Source: the human T2T-CHM13v2.0 reference genome, Homo sapiens. Taken from it: DNA of 64,000 nt. Positions within the stretch are counted from its first letter, which is position 1. Each line of letters begins with the position of its first letter. The position numbers and the translations under genes were made by a program. Of this stretch, positions 40,770 to 54,742 are shown one piece after another. The notes below the pieces were generated by a model. It searched no databases, had not been told where the DNA came from, and saw only the letters and a program-made list of their open reading frames with translations. The DNA is taken from the NCBI RefSeq assembly GCF_009914755.1, contig NC_060928.1; one strand, 5' to 3'.

Positions 40770-41387
40770 TATTTAACTTTCTGCTTTAACCACTTAACCC
40801 AAAACTTGTAGCTTAAAATATTATTTATTTATGTCACTATTCTGTAAGTCTACATGTTGGGCCACATTTATCTGGGTTAAGTTTTCCACTGGTTTTGGCA
40901 AGACTCATGTGAAACGTGGTCAGCTGCCAGGTTGTCTCATGGCTCATTGGTCTCAAAGAGTCTCTTCTTTGATGGTTTATTTCTGCCTCCTGTAGGTCAG
41001 CCCAGGCTTACTCAAATGGCAACTAGGTCCACAATGACAGCAAGAGTGGAATATGCAAGGCTTCCTAAGGTCAAGTCTTCAAATTCTTCCATCGTTTCTA
41101 AATTTTGTCATTCAAAGGAAATCACCAGGGCAGCTCAGATTCAAAGGGCATAAATATAAACTACACATTGATTAGAATAGCTGCAAGGTTCAGGCCATGT
41201 TGGCTTATGTGTATAACCCCAGCACTTTGGGAGGCCAAGGCAGGAAGACTGATAGAGCATAGGAGTTTGAGGCTGCAGTAAGCCATGATCATGCCACTGT
41301 ACCCCAGCCTGGGCAACAAAGTAAGAACACGTCTCAAAAGGAACTGAAAAGTAGTGTGGCTATATTTTTCTTTTTGCATTTACTGTG
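40770..41387 (-). mobile_element. MLT1H/I-type MaLR LTR, interrupted by an Alu monomer
   Basis: 'cccaaaacttgtagcttaaaa', 'cagcccaggcttactcaaatggc', 'cagctcagattcaaaggg' and terminal 'gtggctatatttttc...gcatttactgtg'. Confidence 0.55.
41187..41340 (+). mobile_element. Monomeric Alu (FRAM/AluJ-derived)
   Basis: Single arm 'gcactttgggaggccaagg...ggagtttgaggctgcagtaagccatgatcatgccactg...gtctcaaaa'. Confidence 0.85.
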
Positions 41388-41737
41388 CTGCCAGTAAATT
41401 CATTTATTGGCAAAGTCATCAGCAAAGTCATATGTGTTGAACAAATGTTTGGTTGAATATGCATGAAATAAAGAGATGAAGATAATATAATTCAGTATGA
41501 GACTAATTACTAGATTCCCAAATTGAGGCCTTAAACAATGACTATTAACTATCATGTTAGACATTCTTCAGATAAAATTCAGGACCCTCTTTGATGGCTA
41601 CAACAAGCGCTTGGAATAGTCTCTAAAAAAACTAACAGTAGACATATTCTGCCCTTAAGTATGGAATAAATCATGGAAATAATCACCTGTCTCACACAAC
41701 AAAAAGTGTGAGAAAAATATTGTTTACCCAAAGAAAA

Positions 41738-42213
<476 letters not shown>

Positions 42214-42529
42214 CCAAAGAAATTTTTAAGTGAGGACTACTATTCCCTGGTATTGGAGGCAGAAAATATATTCATTTATTAATTCTATAGATAACTGACC
42301 ACCTACTCTAGAGATAGAAAATAAACCACACATTTAAAAATCTCTGCTTTAATAAATTTATATCATAGAAGGATAATTTGTAAGTAGAATAAAGAACAGT
42401 ATTTCAAAATTTCCAGTTTGATCCTAATCGATGTTTTCCCTGGGTTTAACATTTCTGTAAGTCTCATGGGAAAGTCCTGTTTAAGGATTTCCCTTTTTCT
42501 TTTTGAATTAAAAGTCAAGGAGCAAAAAG

Positions 42530-42990
42530 GTCAAAATATGGGAACAACCCAAAGACCTATCAACTGATAAATGGATGACCATTATCCTATGAAGTATTAT
42601 TCAGTCACAAAAAGGAATGAAGCACTGATAGATGATACAACATGGGTCAATTTTTGAAACATTAAGTATAATGTTTCACTTAGTACAGTGAAAGAAGCCA
42701 GTGACAAAAGACAATATTAGTGTGATCCCATGTATATGCAATGTCCATAATAAGCAAATCTATAGAGACAGAAAGTAGATGAGTGGTTGCCTAGGGCTAG
42801 AGGCAATGGGAAGGTTGTAAGGTGAAGAGTACAAGGTTTATTTTGGGAATGACAAAAATGTTCTAAAATGGACTATGCTGATTATAGCACAACTCTGTGA
42901 ATACACTAGAAAACACTGAATTATACACTTTAAATGCATGAATTATATGGTGTATGAATTTCATCTTTATAATTTTTTTCCTTTAAAAAA
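42530..42990 (+). mobile_element. L1MB-type 3' end
   Basis: 'gcaaatctatagagacagaaagtagatgagtggttgcctagggct...tgaattatatggtgtatgaatt'. Confidence 0.85.
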
Positions 42991-43034
42991 ATCACAGGGA
43001 AAGGAATTTTCTTTCCTGTAATGGGAGAACAGCT

Positions 43035-43310
43035 TATATTCACATATTTCTATCAGAGTTCCAGAAAAAGAAGAGAGAAAAAATTATGCGTAAAACTATT
43101 TGAAGAATTATTTCCTGAAAATTTTTCAAATTTGGTAACTTACAGTAACCCAAAGATTTTTAGAGTGAAACAAAGGCCAAGAATGTTAATTAAAAAGAAA
43201 ACACCACCTAATCATATTATAATTAAATTTGAGACCTAAAGATTAAGAAATAATCTCAAAAGCAGTAAGGAAAAAATACATATTAAATATAGGGGAACAG
43301 TGATAAAAAT
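43035..43310 (+). mobile_element. Old L1M ORF1 fragment
   Basis: ORF 43021-43239 resembles L1 ORF1p (LFEELFPENFSNL...KTPPNHIIIKF). Confidence 0.65.
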
Positions 43311-43494
43311 AAAAGGTCTCTATATATAAGTATATATATATATGAGAATATATATGACTATGTATATAGCCATATATAAATATATCTATAAATATATATA
43401 CACATAAATGCACATGAATATATAGATGATTATAAATATATGTGCATCTATCTATCTACACACTCAGACACAACACACACACGCACGTACACTC

Positions 43495-43848
43495 ACAGAG
43501 GTTTATTTTTAAAAATTGGTTCATGCTATTGGGAAAGCTAGCAATTCCAAAGTCTTCAGGGTAAATGGACAGGTTGAAGCCCAAGGAAGAGTTGAAGTTG
43601 AATCTGAAGGCTGTCTGCTGGCAGAATTTCTCCTTCCCTGGGGGAGATCATTCTTAATTTTCTCAAGACTTTCAACTAATTGGATAAGGTTCATCCACAT
43701 TATGAAGAGTGTCTATTTTACTCAAAGTCTACTTATTTAAATATTAGTCTCATTTAAAAAATACCTTCACAGCAATATTCAGATGTGTATGAACAAATAT
43801 TGGGGTACTGTGGACAAGCCAAGTTGGCATATAAAATTAACCACCACA
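43495..43848 (-). mobile_element. MLT2C/D-type ERVL LTR, preceded by TA/CA-rich simple sequence
   Basis: 'ctgaaggctgtctgctggcagaatttc...ataccttcacagcaa...agccaagttggcatataaaattaaccaccaca'. Confidence 0.82.
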
Positions 43849-44097
43849 ACTTCCAAATGAAATTACCAATTAAATAACAAGACAATACAATTAGACTGGC
43901 ATCAGATTTATCAAAACAATATAAAAAGCAAGCCTTTAATGGAGCATCAGTTTTTAAAGAAATTTAATTAAAAAATGAGTGAAAAAGGATGTTTACTATT
44001 AAATTGTCCATCAAGTATCAAAGCTATTCAAATATTGTTTTAAATAGTGCATAGCCCAGGGAATACTATACTCACTAGCTGTTCTCAAGCAATTGAC

Positions 44098-44294
44098 TAG
44101 AGTGGTCAGAAAAGTTTTTGCTAAGGAGTCACATAATGAATATTTTAAGCTTTGTTGGTTCTATGTGTTTCTGTCATATTTTCTTCTTCTTTTGTTTTTC
44201 TACAACTGTTTAAAATTGTGAAATACAACTTTCATGGACCATAATTTAACAGGATGCATGCCAGATTTGGCCCCTGGGAGCATATTAATTCCTG
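44098..44294 (+). mobile_element. MER58C-type hAT-Charlie MITE, within a probable HAL1/L1 ORF1 remnant (~43870-44370)
   Basis: 'aatattttaagctttg...ctgtcatattttcttc...aacagg...ccagatttggccc'. Confidence 0.6.
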
Positions 44295-45564
44295 TGTTAA
44301 AAAATGTGCTTCATCTAACCAAGAGATGACTAAATAAACACTGGCAAAAGCACTATTGATGAACATTTAATTGTAAAGGCAAGGGCCAAAAAATTATTGT
44401 AGATATACACATATACATATACAAACATACATATGTGTACTTCAATATGTATACATATATAAATCAAAATGTATTCTGACAGAGTCAAAATAATGAATGT
44501 AAAGAATGGTAGAAAAAGGGAGATGGGAATAAGAAATATATATTCACTGAATAATGAAAAATCAATAGGTGGGAACCAAAAGATGCCATAAGAAGTAGCA
44601 GAGTAAAATGTAAAAAAAAAGAGAGATTAAAGGCTTTTAAAAAAGTAAAGGTATAAAGATAATCATAGGATCAAAACTACTGATATTTCTAAATATCAAC
44701 TAAATTTAAAAAAAAAATTATTCATCATCAATAAAATATATCAAATATAATACAAATAGCAATTATAAATCTGACAGCTGAGACCAATAATAATAGTCAT
44801 AGAAATAAATATGAATAGACTTAATTGTTAGAAGAGAAGATTTTCATTTTGGCTGACAAAAAAACTGCCCAACTACATACTGAACACGAGATATTGACAA
44901 CAGAGATTCATAGGATCTAAAATAAGAGTTTCTTGGTTTCTACAACATTTTGAGTCTGAGATTTTAGGTATTGACTTGTACTGCATTCTATTCATCAAAG
45001 CAAGTCATAAGGCCATCTAAATTCAGATAAAAAATAAACTAGCCCTTCATCAAAGTTGCTGCAAAGCCATTGTAAAAAGCCATGGATATTAGAAAAGAAT
45101 ATTTGTGGATATTATGATATTATTTCAAACAACTTACCACATCTGGTATTGCATTACACTTAATCTTCACAGAAATGCACATGAAAAGTATTATTATTCT
45201 TTTTTAAAATTTACTGTTATGGGAATTTTGCCTCATGGATGTTAAACCACTTGTCCAAGATCATATCACTATTAAAATGACATTATTAAGACATAAATCA
45301 ATTTCTGTGCAACTCTAAAATACATGCCACTGAAGATTACACCATGCTAATTGGTTCTTTCCCTGTTCTAGAATTCAATGAATTGCAAGGAAAATCTTAT
45401 TTCACAGCTATATCAAGGCATTTGGCTTCTATTCTCTATCATTGTGCTGAAAGTGTCTTCAGTATGGAAAGGATGGGGATACCAATAAGAATCTAAAAGC
45501 TGAGGAAGAGAAAGTAATTTCATTATTTGCAGACATTATGATTATCTACATAGAAAACCCATGG

Positions 45565-45607
45565 GAATGATTTAGAAACAATGAGAATGATTTAGAAACA
45601 ATGAGAA
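45565..45607. repeat. Perfect 20-bp tandem duplication in an old L1 ORF2 fragment
   Basis: gaatgatttagaaacaatga x2. Confidence 0.9.
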
Positions 45608-47098
45608 CTTAGAGAGTTTGCTAATGAAGCAAGTCACAGAATTAATCAATACATAAACATGAATGGTTTTCCTGGATATCTGCCATGACTAGTTAAATTA
45701 TAAATAATTAAATAAAGCACATGGACAATACCAAAAATGATGACAGAAATACAAGTTTTCATGTTTTGTTCTGGATTTCAATCTCAAAAATACAAACACC
45801 TCTATGTGGAGATTTCATGCACACTGCAGACTTACATTGCAAATTGAACTCATCATTATCATGTCCCTCTATCCTACTTCACCCTATGGATTCCCTCGCT
45901 CAACTCATGACATTCCCGTGTCCTTATGCCCATGTTGAAAGTCTGATGTTATTGGCTTTATTACTTGAATATCTCCTCCCCTTACCCCTCAAATCTATAT
46001 TTTTGCTAATTTTGCCTCTAAATGTTTTAATAGACTTTAGTCAGTTATAATTTTCAAAAATAAAATGCATATATTTTAATGTATGTTTGTTGAGTTTTGA
46101 CAAATTTATCTACCTATAGAAACACCACCTTAATCAAGCTATAAAATATTTTCAAAATCCCAAAAAGTTTACACATAACTTCTTAGAGTCAGAGTCATCC
46201 TCCCAAGGCAACCGTTGAGGTGAGTTTTATCACTACAATTTAGATTTACTTTTTCTAGAACTTTAATACGCAAAACCATATTGCGCATATTCTTTTGTAT
46301 GTGACTTATTTTGTTCAGCATAATATTTTTCAGATTCATTCAGGTTGTGTGTAACATTAATTCATTAATTTTTTATTGCTGAATACACTAAGCCAAATAT
46401 TTCTTAGGTATTATTGTCTCCACCAATGCTTATGTTACACATCCTTTCTAATTTGTATCTTTCCTATTAATGGCATGGTATACTTTCATTATGACTTTTT
46501 CAATTGTCTCTTTCATACTGTCTCAGAGCACTATTATAAAAAGCCTCCAATCTCACTATGCAACTCCTCTACAAAATATCCATCAATGGATTCTCTCAAA
46601 TGATAGATTAAAAGAATAAGCCCCTTACAATAGCATCCAGGATCATTCAAGATCTGTTCTTTTCCTCCTTTGCCTGCCTTATCTCATTATGATTCAGAAC
46701 TTCCTAAGTACATTTACATTTCCTTATATTTTATTTTAGCTCTATTTTGTTTTGTTCTACATTATTTGCTTTTTGAGCCTAAAAGAGTTTTCTTTTCTTC
46801 TTTGTTTAGGTGAGAATTCTTTCACAATTTGAATAGGAAAGTGACATGGTAATTTAGGACAAAGAGAATAGTGTTCAAAATGTTGATGCATATTTTAAAA
46901 AGCATGATGAAATGGTGTGCATGGATGGGTAGAAATCATGAAAGTATTTCTGGTATTGTTTCAGCTAGATCTCTCAGGGGGTTTTGCAGGAGCTGACATT
47001 GGAAGTCTAGGCTGGGTTGACATCAAATGTTCTGCAAATGAATTCATTGGTCATTATCCAGCAAAAGTGATGGAAAATTATTGACATGTTTTGCATGT

Positions 47099-47730
47099 TA
47101 TATTAGTTGTCTATTGCTGCCACAACTAAGTACCACAAATTTAGTGTTTTAAAACAATACAAATTAATTATTTCACAGTTTTACAGGTCAAAAAGTCCCA
47201 TTTGGTTCAATTGGTTTATATGACCCAAGAGTTACAAGGCTAAAGTCAAAGTATTTATTGGCTGGGCTCTTCTCTGGAGGCTTTGGGGTGAATCTGCTTT
47301 CCAGTTCATTCAGCTTGTTAAAAGAATCCAGCTTTTTATAACTGTAGAACTGAGGTCCCTATTCTTTGATGGCTGTCAGCTAGGGGTGGCCTCTAGCTCC
47401 TAGAGGTTTCTTTCTGTTCCTTATATGTGGCCCTCTCACTTCAGAACAAGCAATGGCTCATCAAATCCTTCTCACACTTGGAATCTCTCTGACTTCACTT
47501 TTTGCTGCTTATCTTCTACCAAGTCTGTTCTGCTCACATCTAGACAAACTTTTTTTGTTTGTTTTTAACCACCCGTCGAATTACACTGAGCCCATCCAGA
47601 AAATCCAGGATAATCCCCCCTTTTACAATCCATAACCTTAATTACATCTGCACAGTCTCTTTTGACATGTAACATAACATATTCACTGGTTCCTGGAGAT
47701 TAATTTGTCGACGTCTTTGGGGGATGGAAT
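47099..47730 (-). mobile_element. MLT1D/E-type MaLR LTR
   Basis: 'tattagttgtctattgctgc...ccacaaatttagtg...gaactgaggtccct...cttaattacatctgc'. Confidence 0.82.
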
Positions 47731-47864
47731 TTGACGAGGTCAGATTTAGGTCATAGCAGATGCTTATAGACCACTTATATCTCCATGAAAATTCATGCAT
47801 TGAAACAAATTTATAAGGGGGTCATTAAGAGATTATTAGTCCCTTATAACAAGCACCCTCCACC

Positions 47865-48073
47865 CTCCTCAGTGAGCTCCATTGTTACTTCTGTCACGTG
47901 AAAACACAGCAAAAAGGCAACCCTCTAAAAACCAGGAAGTGGGTCCTCACCAGACGGCAAATCTGCTGGAGCCTTTATCTAGAACATCTCAGCCTCCAGA
48001 AGAACAATTTCTATTGTTTATAAATTACCCACTCTATGGTATTTTGTTATAGCAGCCTAAATGGATTAAGAGA
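47865..48073 (+). mobile_element. MLT1A-type LTR 3' part
   Basis: 'aaccaggaagtgggtcctcaccagac...cagcctccaga...ctatggtattttgttatagcagcc'. Confidence 0.8.
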
Positions 48074-48114
48074 GAAGGTTTATTCTGGTAACTGGGTGGA
48101 AGTTATATGTGGAC

Positions 48115-48571
48115 ATAGCAGATGCCTCTGTTGACTGCATTATATTCCTTCAATCCACTTGTGATTTCAGTCACATCTTGTGAGCTCACATTCACCAAAT
48201 TTTCCCACTGTCTTACCTCAGTTGCAAGCTGTATAATTTATAATTTGCTCAAGGAACTTTTTATTCCTGTAGTTTCTCCATAAGCACAGCCCGGAAGTCG
48301 TAGCAGGGAGGTAGAGAGGGGTGTTTTAAGCCTCTCAGGTTTAGGTCGTCATCTGTGAAGGATGGAAGTTGACTGATAAATGCACCCCTTCCATTTTGCA
48401 TGTGATGAGTCTTCACATTTGTCAACACTCCCAGTGGATTTGAGCCTGGTTCCCACACCAGCAACTCATTCCCTAAATACTGCTGCCTGTGATCACTTCC
48501 CAAATAGATTGTCTGTCAGTACCCATATCCTTGTCTCAAGTTTTGTATTTGAGATAATTTTGACCAAGACA
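48115..48571 (+). mobile_element. LTR16-type ERVL LTR
   Basis: Terminal 'gatcacttcccaaatag...ccttgtctcaag...accaagaca'. Confidence 0.55.
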
Positions 48572-48943
48572 AAAAGCAAGCTGTCACATTTATAGGGAGG
48601 TCACTGTAATACTTTATTATGAGGGTCTGAAAGTCTCAACCAAGGCATTGGCAAAGGGCTAAATGGAAGAAGATAGTTTTAAGACATGCAACTGATTATA
48701 TTTAGAATGACTATGGAATGGAGAGAGAGAAAGAATATTTGAGAAGGTTAACTTGCAAGGAAGGCAGGTGAAGAAAAGTGAGGTGGTATTATATCTGTTC
48801 CCAATATGGACTTTAATCTGAAACAATGATAAACCTGGACACTATCTAGATTTAAGCATCAAATATGCCATAAGTAGTTAATTGCTTCAAAGTACTTCAT
48901 TAGTATATTAATTAACTAATTCTAAGATTACAGAATATGGAAA

Positions 48944-49198
48944 ATGTAAACGCTTATGTAGTGCTTACTGCAAGCCAGGTACTGTTCTAAGCACTTTATG
49001 ATATAAATCAATTTTATCCTCTTAATATCCTTATTGGTAGATACTATTAAATCATCCTTATTTTAGATATAAGAAAACTGAGATGCAGAAAGATTTATTA
49101 ACTTTCCCAAGTTTACACAGATCTAAGTAGTAGTGCTGGGGTTTGAACCCAGGGCCATCATGCTCTCGAGTTGGAGATATTAGTTCTACACAATTCTG
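48944..49198 (-). mobile_element. MIR SINE
   Basis: 'gccaggtactgttctaagcacttt...gaaaactgagatgcaga...ggggtttgaacccagg'. Confidence 0.82.
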
Positions 49199-49257
49199 TA
49201 TCTCTTAATACTAATACTAGTACTTTTTCTAGTAATACTAACATAAATATGCATGAT

Positions 49258-49750
49258 TATGGGAGATTGAAAATATGGATACAATATTTTACAGTCCTTC
49301 TATCAAAAGGTGGAGACTGTTTCCCCAAATCCTGAATCCAGGCTGGTCCTGTGACTTATTTGACCAATAGGAATAGGCAAATTAAACACTATGTGAATTC
49401 TAGAGAATAGCCCCAAGAGTCCTTGTTGTTCATGCTTTTTCTCTCCTTTAAGGAAGCCAAGCCACACTGCTAACTGATGAGAGACCAGCTTGAAAGAGGG
49501 AGGACCTGCCAATTGCCATCAGCACAACTCCAGATATATGGGAGTCAGGTGATCATAAACCATCCATTTTCTGCTGAGTCACAGTAGACTGCAACTCCAT
49601 GAATGAGACAAGGAGGTGTCGGTAAAAACAAAACAAAACAAAACAAAGCAAAAACTGCCTGGTGTAACCACAGAATCTTAAGAAATAATAAATGATTTTA
49701 ATCCAATGTTTTGAGTCGGTTTGTTTTGCAATGGTAGAAAACCAACTATG
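49258..49750 (+). mobile_element. MLT1H-type MaLR LTR
   Basis: 'ggtggagactgtttcccc...ggctggtcctgtgacttatttgaccaatag...ccacagaatc...ttgttttgcaatggtagaaaacc'. Confidence 0.72.
49572..49582 (-). promoter_or_regulatory. Candidate ARE / NF-E2 (CNC-sMAF) site GTGACTCAGCA
   Basis: Exact RTGACTCAGCA consensus followed by GAAAA; motif only, no functional evidence. Confidence 0.35.
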
Positions 49751-50089
49751 ATTAACAGAGAGGCTACTCACAATAAGAAACAATGCTAGCTGCTGTGGGA
49801 AATAACAAGGTAGTAAAATATGTTGCTAAAATTAAGAGGCAGCAGTAAGACTTCACCTTGAGGGAGAGAATGATGGAATAATTAAGAACTATAAAAACAA
49901 ATCTAGAATACTTTAAAAGATTCCTTCAGATAAGATCTTAGAATGGAGAAATAGTAATCGATGAAGAAATGTTTGCTCCTAAACCATATGTTTTCCTTGT
50001 TTATGAAACTATTGCAAGTACACACTATAAATAGTGTGTTTTTATGAACGCAGTTATTTTAAAGATATAAAAAGAACTGAAGGGAAGAT

Positions 50090-50310
50090 GAGCTTTGAAA
50101 TCAGATAAGCCAGTATTGTAATACCTATGTTACAATTTATCATCTGGCTGGTTTTGAACCAGTTACCGGAGAATATTTTTACCTCAGTTTCTGGTCTGTT
50201 AAATGGGAATATCGGTATCTGATTTATAGACTTGTTTGTTAGTTAAGTACAGTGACGTGAGTAGACAGCTCTTTTAATGTCTAGTTTAAAAATTGGTGTA
50301 CAAAAATTGT
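50090..50310 (+). mobile_element. MIR SINE
   Basis: 'agctttgaaatcagataag...cctcagtttctggtctgttaaatgggaata'. Confidence 0.55.
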
Positions 50311-50835
50311 ACTTTACTTCGTCCTCAACTTGTTGTAGGAGAACTTAACGAAATATCCATAGTTAATTATATCACAATGAATATAGTCCCACTTTCTCAA
50401 TTATATTTCTAATAAATTAGAATTTTCCATTACAACTTTTACACCGAGGCATGCCTAAAACAGTGTGGCTTTCATTTTAGCTAACCCAATTGATAATAAA
50501 TTAAGATATTTATTATTATAAGATAATAAACAAAATAATAATATATAATATTAATTAAAAATATGTATTATTGATTTTTTTAAAAACATTTCTGATCTCT
50601 TCCAGGCTTTAGGGCAAAAACCGGGGATCACAGAATGCTTGCTCAATCAACTTTGCTCATCCAAAATCACAAAAATCGCCTCAAAAAATGTTGATGATAA
50701 TTTAATTTTCTTCACTCTCCATGAAGATGTTAGATAATGCTCACTCTGGGTGAGAATAAAAGCCAGACTCATCAATTGTGTTACCGATTATATTCTTGCA
50801 AAAGAATTTTCTTTTAATTGAAAAAGCTGAATGTG

Positions 50836-51104
50836 AGCCAGGCATGGTGGTTCACGCCTGTAATCCCAAAAGTTTAGGAGGCCGAGGTGGGTGGATCTCC
50901 TGAGGCTGGGAGTTCGAGAGCAGCCCGGACAACATAGCGAACCCTGTCTCTACTAAAATTACAAAAAATTACTGGGAGTTTTGGTGGGTGCCTGTAATCC
51001 CACCTACTTAGGAGGCTGAGACACCAGAATTGCTTGAACTCTGGAAGCGGAGGCTGAGGTCTGCCTGGGTGACAGAGCCAGACTCTGTCTTTAAAAAAAA
51101 AAAA
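50836..51104 (+). mobile_element. AluS with ~30-bp internal deletion in the right arm
   Basis: Dimeric Alu; TSD aaaagctgaatgtg (50822-50835) / aaaagctgaatatg (51108-51121). Confidence 0.92.
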
Positions 51105-54100
51105 TGGAAAAGCTGAATATGGCACTATAGATGCTACTATTCAACTCTGTCTTCATTCCTGTACAAAGGTCAGCTAGAATGACTATAACTGATAAAATAG
51201 TATTAAGATAGTATTTATCCATTCCATATGACCCTATTGTTTGTAATTATAGAGATCATTGAAGCCATGTACATGAACATCAATAGCAGCACTCCTTCCC
51301 AAGACTTACTCCACCTCCCACATTTTCTTTAATTATTAATAATGCTCTGCTTCTACTATAGGTATATAGACACAGATAAAACTATAAACTCTAAGAGCCA
51401 TTTGAAGAAAGTCTATCGTCAGAAGAAGCAATCATGAAAATAATTGCTATTATATGTATGATTTTATTCATACTCCAAACAATTAGTTGAAAAAACTGCA
51501 AGTAACTAAATTTGATAATTTAGTATGCAGAAAAGTTCTATCACATGAAAATGGTATGTTTTTGCCATTGGCAAATGGTATTACACAACTCCATGCTTTA
51601 TTTTAGCTTTGGAAAACATAAAAGTAAATGCAAAATATATTTACTAATCATGAGGGCTCCTAGAATATTTATTTTTGTGCCTCCTCCAAAAGATTTTGGT
51701 AATTTAATTTACTTGTTTAGTTGTGTGTAAATATTTTATAAAATTCCTTAGAAGTAAGCAAATAAAAATCACTGATAACCAGAAAACAATGCACAAATGA
51801 GTCCCCCCATGCAGCTCCGCCTTTCTATGCCCTTGAAAAACAAGAAAAGGTAAAGTAAACAAAATCCACATGAGCCTCTTGCAGTGGTAAAAGTAATAGA
51901 CCCAGAGTCAGGGAATCAACTTTCCTAAGTTGCTGTAACACAGATCACTTGTATGACTTGGGGCAGCATATCTCTAAGACAAGATGATTGGGCACAGTAT
52001 TTCTTAAGATTCTTTATGCCTCTTTTGCTTTAAAAAATTATTAAAATGTTTCTAATAAAAATACAAAGAATCTTTTCTGTTACCATTATCATCATTTCAA
52101 ATTAATTTATATGCTACACTTAAATTTTAAAGATATTTAATCTGGAAAGGAATAGACAAAGCTATTTAAAAGACTTCTAAAATAAATACGGAGGTAATTT
52201 ACTTTAGGAAGTAGAAATAACATCTTTTATGTTTTTGTTTTTTTTAATCAAAATTATTTTTAGACTGCTTATATGTAAGCATAGTCTATTCCTTGTTTTG
52301 ACCAAGTGACATTGTAGGTATATTTAAGAAATTATGGGCAATTAGAACTTAATTAAAATGCTGTGAATTGAAGGGTTTCTAAAGGTGTTGTGACTTATGG
52401 TTTTTGATTCTGCATATAAGGAGTTGGGAAGTTGCCACAAAAACAAGTAAAAAGCTTTCACAAGTGTAAAGGTAGACTGAAAAATCAATTCTAGATCTGT
52501 AAGAGAAGTAAGGTCACAGAGCAAACCACTGCCATCAAAATTGGAGAGATAGAACAGCAGACACAGAGAAACCACAACTTACTGGAGCAGAAACCCATGA
52601 GCAGAGAAGAGACCTACTGGGGAACCAATACTAGGGGAGAAAAACTTATACTTTGACAAACTTCTGGAAGGCCAGCCTTACACTTCTTTGGGTTTTACCA
52701 TTAGAGGATCTACCAGATCCTCACACTGAATATTGGAGAAAAATCTCCTTGTGTTTCTAGCAGAGAGAGGAAGAAAAAAGAACCATTTTCGAAACATGCC
52801 AGAGCATTCTGTTCTTCTTAACAAGGCCTGCTGTTAGGAAAATCTATTTTGCCAAAGCCTAATCAGCCGAGGTTTCCAGAACCTATACTACCTGGGGGAA
52901 GGGAAATACCCTGCTCCAGCTTCTGTAGCCTTCACTGTGGGGGAAGAGAAATACATAATTTCAGTTCACTTCGGCCATTTTGTCTCACCTAAGGCAGGAT
53001 AAATTGAGAAGCAACAATAAAGTTCACAGTCCAGGGACACAGGTTCACAGAAAGACTGAGACCTAACCATAGGGCTATGCAATGTTTCTTCTACCACAGC
53101 TTACCACTACGTTATAAAAGACCTACTTACCACAGTTCCTTTTAGCTAGTATTTAATGTCTGCCTTTAGAGAAAAATTCAAGGCACACAAAAAAGGAAAA
53201 GATACATAGTTGAAGAGACTGAACAGGTATCATAACCAGACTCAGATATGGCAGGAATGTTGGAATTATCAGAGCAGGAATTTTTTAAAATTAGGTTTAA
53301 TATGTTAAGTGTATTAATGAAAAAAAGTAGTCAACATACAAGAACAGATGGATAATGTAAGCAGAGAGATGGAAATTCTGAGAAAGGATAAAAAAGAAGT
53401 TCTAGAGATAAAAACTCTGTAACAGAAATAAAGAACGCTTTGATGTGCTCATTAGCAGAATGAACACAGCTGAAGAAAGAATCTCTGAACTGGACAATAT
53501 GACCATAGAAACTTCTAAATTAAAAAGCATACAGAAAAAGACTGAAAAACTTAAAAACAGAACAGAATATTCAAGAACTGTGGAGCCACTATAAAAGGTT
53601 GGAGAGCACAAAACCTTGAACATCACAAGGAAAATAGTTTTATAAAGGCTTTCTCCATTCAACAACATAAATCAGGCTTTAAATATAAAGCTACCAGATA
53701 AGTCTTTGTATATAAATTCCTTATCTTAGTCTTTTTAGAAATACTATTTTTAACAAAAACAAAAATTATTTTTAAAAATATTTTTAACAAATAGTAGAGA
53801 AAGAAAAATGGTATAGGCAAATAACCTGTATCTATACAAAGAGAAGAAGATCAGAGCATAAGTGAAGGTCAAATATAAACTTTTATTTTTCTTATTTCTA
53901 ATTTAGCATAGTTTATTATAAACAATAGCAACAATGTATTCGTGTATGCATACTTCTGCATGTGTGTATATATGTATATATATTATATATATATGCTTAT
54001 GTATAAGTGAAACGAATGACAATAATGATAAAAGGGATGGATGTGAAGAATTAGAAATATTTTGTTATTATAAGGTATTTGTACTCCAGATGAAATGGTA

Positions 54101-54697
54101 TAGTGTTTTTTGAGAGTGGACTTCAATTTGCTGTAAACTATATAGTAAATTCAAGGGCAACTACTAAAAAGGAAAAAAAATACATTAAAAAAGAAGTATA
54201 ATGTTATCCTAAAAACTGAGAGAAAATGGAACCATAAATGCTAAATTAAATCAGAAGAGACAAAAAATTGTAAAAGACAGAAATGAAAACCAACAAGGGC
54301 AATAAATAGAACACTATAAAAATATTGTAGAGATTATTCAATAATCACATTAAACATCAATGTTTTAAATACAATTAGGAGATAGAGATTGTCAGAGTGG
54401 ATCAAAAAACAAGACTCAACTGTATGTTGTCTATAAGAAACCCTTCTTAAACATGAAACACATATAGGTTAAAAAGTGAAGGGATGGAGAAAGATATAGC
54501 ACACTAACACTTATCCAAAATAAATGAGAGTAACTATACTAATTCTAGGGAGAGAAGGCTTCAGAGCAAGGATAGTTATCAGGGATAATAAGAGGTATAT
54601 ATAATAATAAAGGACTAATACTTCATTAAGACATAACAATCCTTAACCTGTATGTCCTTAGAGAACACCAACACATGTGAGGCAAAATACAAGAGTG

Positions 54698-54742
54698 CTG
54701 CAAATTCTGCACATGTATCCCCGAACTTAAAGTATAATAAAA
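54698..54742 (+). mobile_element. Tiny L1PA-type 3' terminus (~45 bp)
   Basis: 'ctgcaaattctgcacatgtatccccgaacttaaagtataataaaa' matches the canonical L1PA 3' end with its polyA signal. Confidence 0.8.
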
